A stretch of 64,000 bases of DNA, taken from assembly GCA_963716725.1 (NCBI GenBank), contig CAVQUB010000001.1, positions 192,001-256,000 of the forward strand, given 5' to 3'. Position numbers and translations under genes: made by a program. The notes under the pieces were generated by a model that saw only the letters and a list, made by a program, of their open reading frames with translations, was not told where the DNA came from and ran no database searches. Source of the stretch: an uncultured delta proteobacterium (lineage in GTDB: Bacteria; Myxococcota_A; Polyangia; Polyangiales; Polyangiaceae). How positions within the stretch are numbered: the first letter of the stretch is position 1; every line of letters starts with the position of its first letter. Below are positions 58,937 to 64,000 of this stretch, in pieces.

Positions 58937-61470
58937 GTCGGCGCCTCGGTCTCGGTCTCGTCGTCGCGCTCTCGGTCTCGGGCTGTGCCGGGGATCCTAC
59001 GAGCGACGGCGAGGCCGCTCCGCCCGTCGAGATCATCGTCGACGATATGGGCGTACCGCACGTCTACGCCGCCACCGACGAGGACCTGTTCTTCGGGTAC
59101 GGCTACCAACTGGCCACCGACCGCCTGCTGCAACTCGAGATGTGGCGGCGCTTCGCTCACGGGCGTCGCGCTGAGGTCCTGGGCGCCGACTTCAAGGGCT
59201 CGTTCGGCGCCACCGCGCTGCACGACGACAAGCTCGTGCGCCTGTTCGACCTGCCACGCTGGGGCAAGCTCGACGCCGAGCTGATGCGGAGCGAGCATCC
59301 GGATCGCTGGAAGCTCCTTCAGGCCTGGCGCAGCGGGATCAACCGCCGCGTCGAAGAGGTCCGCAGCGGCGCGGTGCCCCGGCCCTTTGGTTTTGGCGCT
59401 GATCAGCTCGACTTCTTGCCCGAGGCCTGGAGCGAGGACGACCCACTGATCGTTCAGAAGATGATCCAGCTCGGCCTGGATCAGAGCCTGCTCTACGAGA
59501 TCCTGATCACGCTCTTGGGTCAGCTCGCGCCAAATACGCTGGAGGCGGCGAAGATCTTCCAGCCCGCGCACCCCACCTGGACCGTGGCCCCGGAGGATCT
59601 TCCGGCCGGAGCCAAGGCCGGCGGTAGCACCACTGCGCAGCCAGGGGCTGCGCAGCAAGGCGCCGAGCTGCCGGAGCCAGCGAAGAGTCCCGCGGCGTGG
59701 CGACACCTGATCGCCGTGCCCAAAGCCGGCAGCAACAACTGGGCGGTGGACGGTCGCTTTACGGACAACGGCCGACCGATGTTGGCGGGCGATCCGCACC
59801 TGGTGTTCACGCTCATGGGCGCGATGTACGCCTTGCACCTGAACAGCGCGGATCGCGGCGGGAGCTTCGACGTCGCGGGCTTCGCCTTCGTGGCGGCCCC
59901 GGGCATCTTCGCCGGTCAGACCCAGGGCGCGATGTGGGCGCCCACATCGGCCTTCGGTGACGTGATGGATCTCTGGTCCGTGGAGGTCACCGACGCCGGC
60001 GCGAAGATCGGCGACCAAGTGCTGCCCATCAGCACGCGCGAGGAGGTGATTCAGATCCGCGGAGGTCAGAGCGAGAGCATCGTGGTCCGCGACGTGCCCG
60101 GCCAAGGCGTGATCTTCACACCTTCCTTCGCCGGCGTTCCCATCCCGCTCACCGAAGAGGGCCGCGAGGTCGTGCTCGGGTGGACGGGCTTCGCGGCGAG
60201 GAGCTCGCTCTACTTCTTGGAGCTCAATCGCGCACAGAACGTGGCGGAGCTCGACGCTGCCGTGCAGCGTGCTCCCGAGCTCAGCTACAACTGGGTGGGC
60301 GCTGACTCGAAGGAGATTTTTTATCGCGTCAGCCTGGAGGTCCCGAAGCGAAACCCGGTGGTCCCAGGACGCGAGCCCTGGCGCCTGATGAACGGAGACG
60401 ATCCGCTGGCGTTTTGGCCGGGAGGCAAGCTGCCGCTCGAGCAGCTGCCCAACGGCCGGGCCGCGACGCGCGGCTTCATCGCTACGGCCAACAACGACCC
60501 CTTCGGCTTCACGGCGGACGGCGATCCGGCGAATGACCCCTGGTACTACGGTGCGTTCTTCGATCCCGGCTACCGCGCTCGACGCATCGAATCCGAGCTC
60601 GAACGCCTGACGAAGCGTGGGAGCATCGGCCTAGAGGACATGCAGGCGCTCCAGATGGACTCGCGGTGTCTGATGGCCGACACTTTCCTGAAGTTGCTCG
60701 ACGACGCTTGGTCGGGGCGCAACGACGACCCGGTGCTGGCCGAGCTCGCGGCGCGCCCAGGGACCGAGAGGGTGTACAAGCTGCTGAGCGCGGAGTGGAA
60801 CCGGGAGATGACGCGCGATTCACCCGGCGCCGTGGCGTTTCACGCGTTTGCCCACTTCACGACGGCGCACGCCATCGAAGACGACATGATCCCGCTCCTC
60901 TACGAGCGTGTGCTGGAGGCCGCCCCGTTCTACGTGCTCAAGGTGGCTGCCCTCGCGCTCAGCGGACAGTACCCGAAGGGTGACGAGGTGCTCCAAGAGG
61001 GCAGACATCGCATCGTGCTCGAGGGACTCGCGCAGACCGTGGAGTTCTTGGCCGAGCGCTTCGGTGGCGTCGAGCCCTCGCTTTACCAGTGGGGCGACGT
61101 GCACGTCAGCAGCTTCGACAACGCGTTCGGTCTGGGCGTGTCGCTGCCGTCGATCCCGACCGACGGCGGGGAAAACACAGTGAACGTCGCTCACAGCGTG
61201 TTCCGGCGGGACTTCGAGGTTCCGAAGCAATGGGTCAGCGACTACGGGCCGGTGGAGCGCTTGGTCGGTCGCGTCGGCGACGGTGGGACTCCGGAGTTGT
61301 GGGTGAACTTCCCCCTGGGCAACGTTGCCGATCCGGCCAGTCCCCACTTTGACGACATGCTGGAAGACTGGGTCGAAGGTCGTTATCGGAAGCTCGCCTT
61401 CGATCGCGGCGAGGTCGAAGCGCGGGCCGAGCACCGACGCGTGCTCGGATCTGATATGACCGCCCGGTGA
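58933..61470 (+). CDS. Penicillin acylase family Ntn-hydrolase (lipoprotein)
   Basis: DDMGVPHVYA, DRLLQLE, GSNNWAV, LAGDPHL, TANND. Confidence 0.92.
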   Translation: MSRRLGLGLVVALSVSGCAGDPTSDGEAAPPVEIIVDDMGVPHVYAATDEDLFFGYGYQLATDRLLQLEMWRRFAHGRRAEVLGADFKGSFGATALHDDKLVRLFDLPRWGKLDAELMRSEHPDRWKLLQAWRSGINRRVEEVRSGAVPRPFGFGADQLDFLPEAWSEDDPLIVQKMIQLGLDQSLLYEILITLLGQLAPNTLEAAKIFQPAHPTWTVAPEDLPAGAKAGGSTTAQPGAAQQGAELPEPAKSPAAWRHLIAVPKAGSNNWAVDGRFTDNGRPMLAGDPHLVFTLMGAMYALHLNSADRGGSFDVAGFAFVAAPGIFAGQTQGAMWAPTSAFGDVMDLWSVEVTDAGAKIGDQVLPISTREEVIQIRGGQSESIVVRDVPGQGVIFTPSFAGVPIPLTEEGREVVLGWTGFAARSSLYFLELNRAQNVAELDAAVQRAPELSYNWVGADSKEIFYRVSLEVPKRNPVVPGREPWRLMNGDDPLAFWPGGKLPLEQLPNGRAATRGFIATANNDPFGFTADGDPANDPWYYGAFFDPGYRARRIESELERLTKRGSIGLEDMQALQMDSRCLMADTFLKLLDDAWSGRNDDPVLAELAARPGTERVYKLLSAEWNREMTRDSPGAVAFHAFAHFTTAHAIEDDMIPLLYERVLEAAPFYVLKVAALALSGQYPKGDEVLQEGRHRIVLEGLAQTVEFLAERFGGVEPSLYQWGDVHVSSFDNAFGLGVSLPSIPTDGGENTVNVAHSVFRRDFEVPKQWVSDYGPVERLVGRVGDGGTPELWVNFPLGNVADPASPHFDDMLEDWVEGRYRKLAFDRGEVEARAEHRRVLGSDMTAR

Positions 61471-62198
61471 CCCTGCGTGCCCCGGTCGATGCGCTCGGCC
61501 CCGGTGAACGAGACCTCGATCCGGCGACCTCGCGCTACCTGGTGCGTGTGCATCGCTTGCGGGTGGGAGATGCGTTCGTCGCCTTCGACGTCGCGGCAGG
61601 GCTCGAGGCCGACGCCGAGATCCTCCAGGCCGATCCGAGGCGAGCCCGCGCGCGGGTCGGCCCGCCGCGCCCCGCAGCGGTGACCTCACCGCTGCCGGTG
61701 ACCCTGCTCTGGGCCGTTGGCAAAGCCGACAAGCCCGAGTCCGTGATCCGTGACGCCACCGCGCTGGGCGTCGTGCGCATCGTGCTCCTCACCACGGAGC
61801 GGACCATCGTACAGCTTTCGGACCGCGCCGACGTACGCCGCGAGCGCTGGCAGAACGTGGCACGGAACGCCGCTCGCCAGTGCGGGCGCGGGGACGTGCC
61901 CGAGCTGATTGGTCCGCTGCACCTCGCGGACGCGCTCGAGATCGACGCGGGCGTTTCGGGCGTGGTGCTCGACCCCAGGGCCGAGTCGACCCTCGTGCAG
62001 GCGCTGTCGGCGTTGGCGCCACGGGCGAGGCTGCGTGTGTTGATTGGTCCGGAAGGGGGGCTGGGAGTGGGTGAGCTCGCCGCCGCACGGAGCGCGGGTT
62101 TTTCCTCGGCGCGCTTCGGCCGGCTGGCGCTGCGGACCGAGACTGCGGTGGTGGCGGTTCTCGGCGCGCTTCTCGCGCGATCTGACGGGCAGACCTGA
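61467..62198 (+). CDS. rsmE: 16S rRNA m3U1498 methyltransferase
   Basis: RVHRL, AARQCGR, IGPEGG, LRTETA. Confidence 0.9.
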   Translation: MTLRAPVDALGPGERDLDPATSRYLVRVHRLRVGDAFVAFDVAAGLEADAEILQADPRRARARVGPPRPAAVTSPLPVTLLWAVGKADKPESVIRDATALGVVRIVLLTTERTIVQLSDRADVRRERWQNVARNAARQCGRGDVPELIGPLHLADALEIDAGVSGVVLDPRAESTLVQALSALAPRARLRVLIGPEGGLGVGELAAARSAGFSSARFGRLALRTETAVVAVLGALLARSDGQT

Positions 62199-62215
62199 GG
62201 TAGGCTTCGGCCGCC

Positions 62216-64000
62216 ATGCGAACACGTGAGGGAGCATCACGGCCGGGACTCGGCCGTAGGTTGGGTTGGGCGGCGCTGACCGCGGCGCTGGTCGCCGCCG
62301 CGCCGGCCCGTGCGGCCTTGACGGATTCGGAGAAGGCCCAGGTCCAGGGCTTCGTGCGGTCGGGCGAGCTGCGCAACGCCGCCCGCATCCGAGCGCTGGT
62401 GGCGCGCCCGGATCTCACCGTGGACGAGGCCTCCGAACCGCTGAGTGCCGGTTTCGGAGCCGTCGCCTTCGACGACGCGCACGAGAAGCTCGCCCGGGAG
62501 ATCCTGCTGGGACCTGGCTCGGCGGCCGCGCGCAGTGCCCTCGCTCCGGCGCTCGTCCGAGCGCTCTTGGCCCGAGCCTCGAACGCCTATGCCGCGATGC
62601 CCATCAACGAGTCGGGCACCGACGCGTCGAAGGCAGATCGGCTCGCGGCCGAGAGCGTCGAGATCCATCGCTTCGTCACCGAGGTGATCGCGAACGCCGG
62701 ACAACCTCCCGTGGACGGGCACGATGCCGCCGCGGGCATCCGTGATGACGCGCTCAAGCTCTGCGTCGAGGCCTACCGCGCACACTTCGATCGCCACTCG
62801 GCGACCTTGAAGCCCGGCACCAAGCTCAGCCCGTCCTTGGTACAGGTCCGGGCGCAAGCCGCGCTTGCCGTCGTCGACTTGTCGCGTGGGCTCTATCAAC
62901 GTCACCAGGTCGCCGCGCTGCTCGGCCTCGCAGGGCCGCGCAAACAGGTCTTCGAGCGTCATGGAACGCTGCTCGAAGATGGCGGAACCGCCGGCGACGA
63001 GCGCCTGAGTGAGGTGTCCCGCTTCCTCGACAGCGCGCCGCGCGCGGCGTCAGAACTCAGCCTCTGGCTGATCAGCAAGGCGCCAGTGCGCGGGCTCTCG
63101 TCGCGGGGCGCACGCGCCAGCGCCCGGGTGTCGCTCAGTGCTGCGTCCGGCGCGCCGACCGCGGCCGCGCTCTGGCCCGAAGACGTGGTCGCCTCGCGGC
63201 CCGACCGCGAAATGATGGAGGTGGCGTATTCCGCCGCGTGGCTCGTCACCCGGGCTGCCTTCAAGGCCCAGCCGGCGCTCTCGAAGAGGGCGGCGCTGGT
63301 CGCGACTCGAGCCGCGCGCGCTGGCGCCGCCGGCCAACTCGCGCCGGATCTCGAGGCATCGGTGCTGCGGGCACCGGGCGCCATTGGTCCAGGCGCCCAG
63401 GCTGCGTCCGCCGAGCAGTTCGCCGCCCACGCCTTGCGTTTGGTGCTCCTCGACGCGCCCCGGGCGCTCGATCTCGCGCTCTCGCGTGCCGTGCAGGGAC
63501 GGGACGAGCCCTTGGCGGCCTTCGTGCTCGGCGCCAGCTTGCTGCACGCCGTTGGGGGCAGCGCCGACGAGATCGCCGTCGGGCGCACCGGCGAAGGCGG
63601 CGCGCTCGTCGCCGACAAGCTCACCCGCGTCACGCTGGCGAACGGACTCGTCTCCTCCTTCGAGCTCGACGGCAAGAAGGTGCAGGTCAACCTTGGCTCG
63701 GACGGCCAGGTCGACAAGGTGCTGGTCGATGGCGCTGCGCCACGCCTGTCGCAGCTCAGCCGCGTCCGCTTCGTGCCCAAGGCGGCGGAGAGCTGGCTGG
63801 CCGGATCCCAGCGCTGGGAAAAGCTCGGTGGCGCGCCACGCGGTCTGGCCATCGACGACGGCCGCTTCGTCCTGGGGGCCGCCGAGACGAGCGACGGCTT
63901 CGATGCGGTGGTCACCGGTGAGGCCTCGAGCGACTCCACCATCCACGCCTACCTCGCGGTCACGGGCCGCGGGGGAGGGCTCATCCTTCGGGGACAGCCG
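62216..64000 (+). CDS. Large exported hypothetical protein, partial (runs off the right window edge)
   Basis: Manual translation of the 5' part MRTREGASRPGLGRRLGWAALTAALVAAAPARA-ALTDSEKAQV... with a signal peptide. Probably absent from the ORF track because there is no stop in the window. Confidence 0.75.
   Translation, partial: MRTREGASRPGLGRRLGWAALTAALVAAAPARAALTDSEKAQVQGFVRSGELRNAARIRALVARPDLTVDEASEPLSAGFGAVAFDDAHEKLAREILLGPGSAAARSALAPALVRALLARASNAYAAMPINESGTDASKADRLAAESVEIHRFVTEVIANAGQPPVDGHDAAAGIRDDALKLCVEAYRAHFDRHSATLKPGTKLSPSLVQVRAQAALAVVDLSRGLYQRHQVAALLGLAGPRKQVFERHGTLLEDGGTAGDERLSEVSRFLDSAPRAASELSLWLISKAPVRGLSSRGARASARVSLSAASGAPTAAALWPEDVVASRPDREMMEVAYSAAWLVTRAAFKAQPALSKRAALVATRAARAGAAGQLAPDLEASVLRAPGAIGPGAQAASAEQFAAHALRLVLLDAPRALDLALSRAVQGRDEPLAAFVLGASLLHAVGGSADEIAVGRTGEGGALVADKLTRVTLANGLVSSFELDGKKVQVNLGSDGQVDKVLVDGAAPRLSQLSRVRFVPKAAESWLAGSQRWEKLGGAPRGLAIDDGRFVLGAAETSDGFDAVVTGEASSDSTIHAYLAVTGRGGGLILRGQP

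Overview
High-GC bacterial DNA whose gene content looks myxobacterial (Polyangiaceae/Sorangiineae-like): many Gly-linker and Cys-rich lipoproteins, a Ser/Thr kinase and sigma-54 regulation. Housekeeping genes include thiE, holB, uvrC, tamA/tamB and rsmE. No rRNA, tRNA or CRISPR array was seen. The main finding is a ~3.7-kb mobile element (2475-6152) inserted into an SMP-30/gluconolactonase gene. It has perfect 13-bp terminal inverted repeats and a CAAT duplication, and it encodes two intact tyrosine recombinases plus three small accessory ORFs, one a stand-alone DnaA domain-IV-like protein. Excision would restore the host gene in frame and create a loxP-like 13-9-13 circle junction. Other notable structure: (i) a 1.6-kb integrase-less cassette with an EB_dh-type heme lipoprotein gene, flanked by a perfect 65-bp direct repeat; (ii) two identical 143-bp long hairpin elements in tandem; (iii) four +1 frameshifts that are probably sequencing errors. 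All family assignments come from motif recognition by eye, not database searches.
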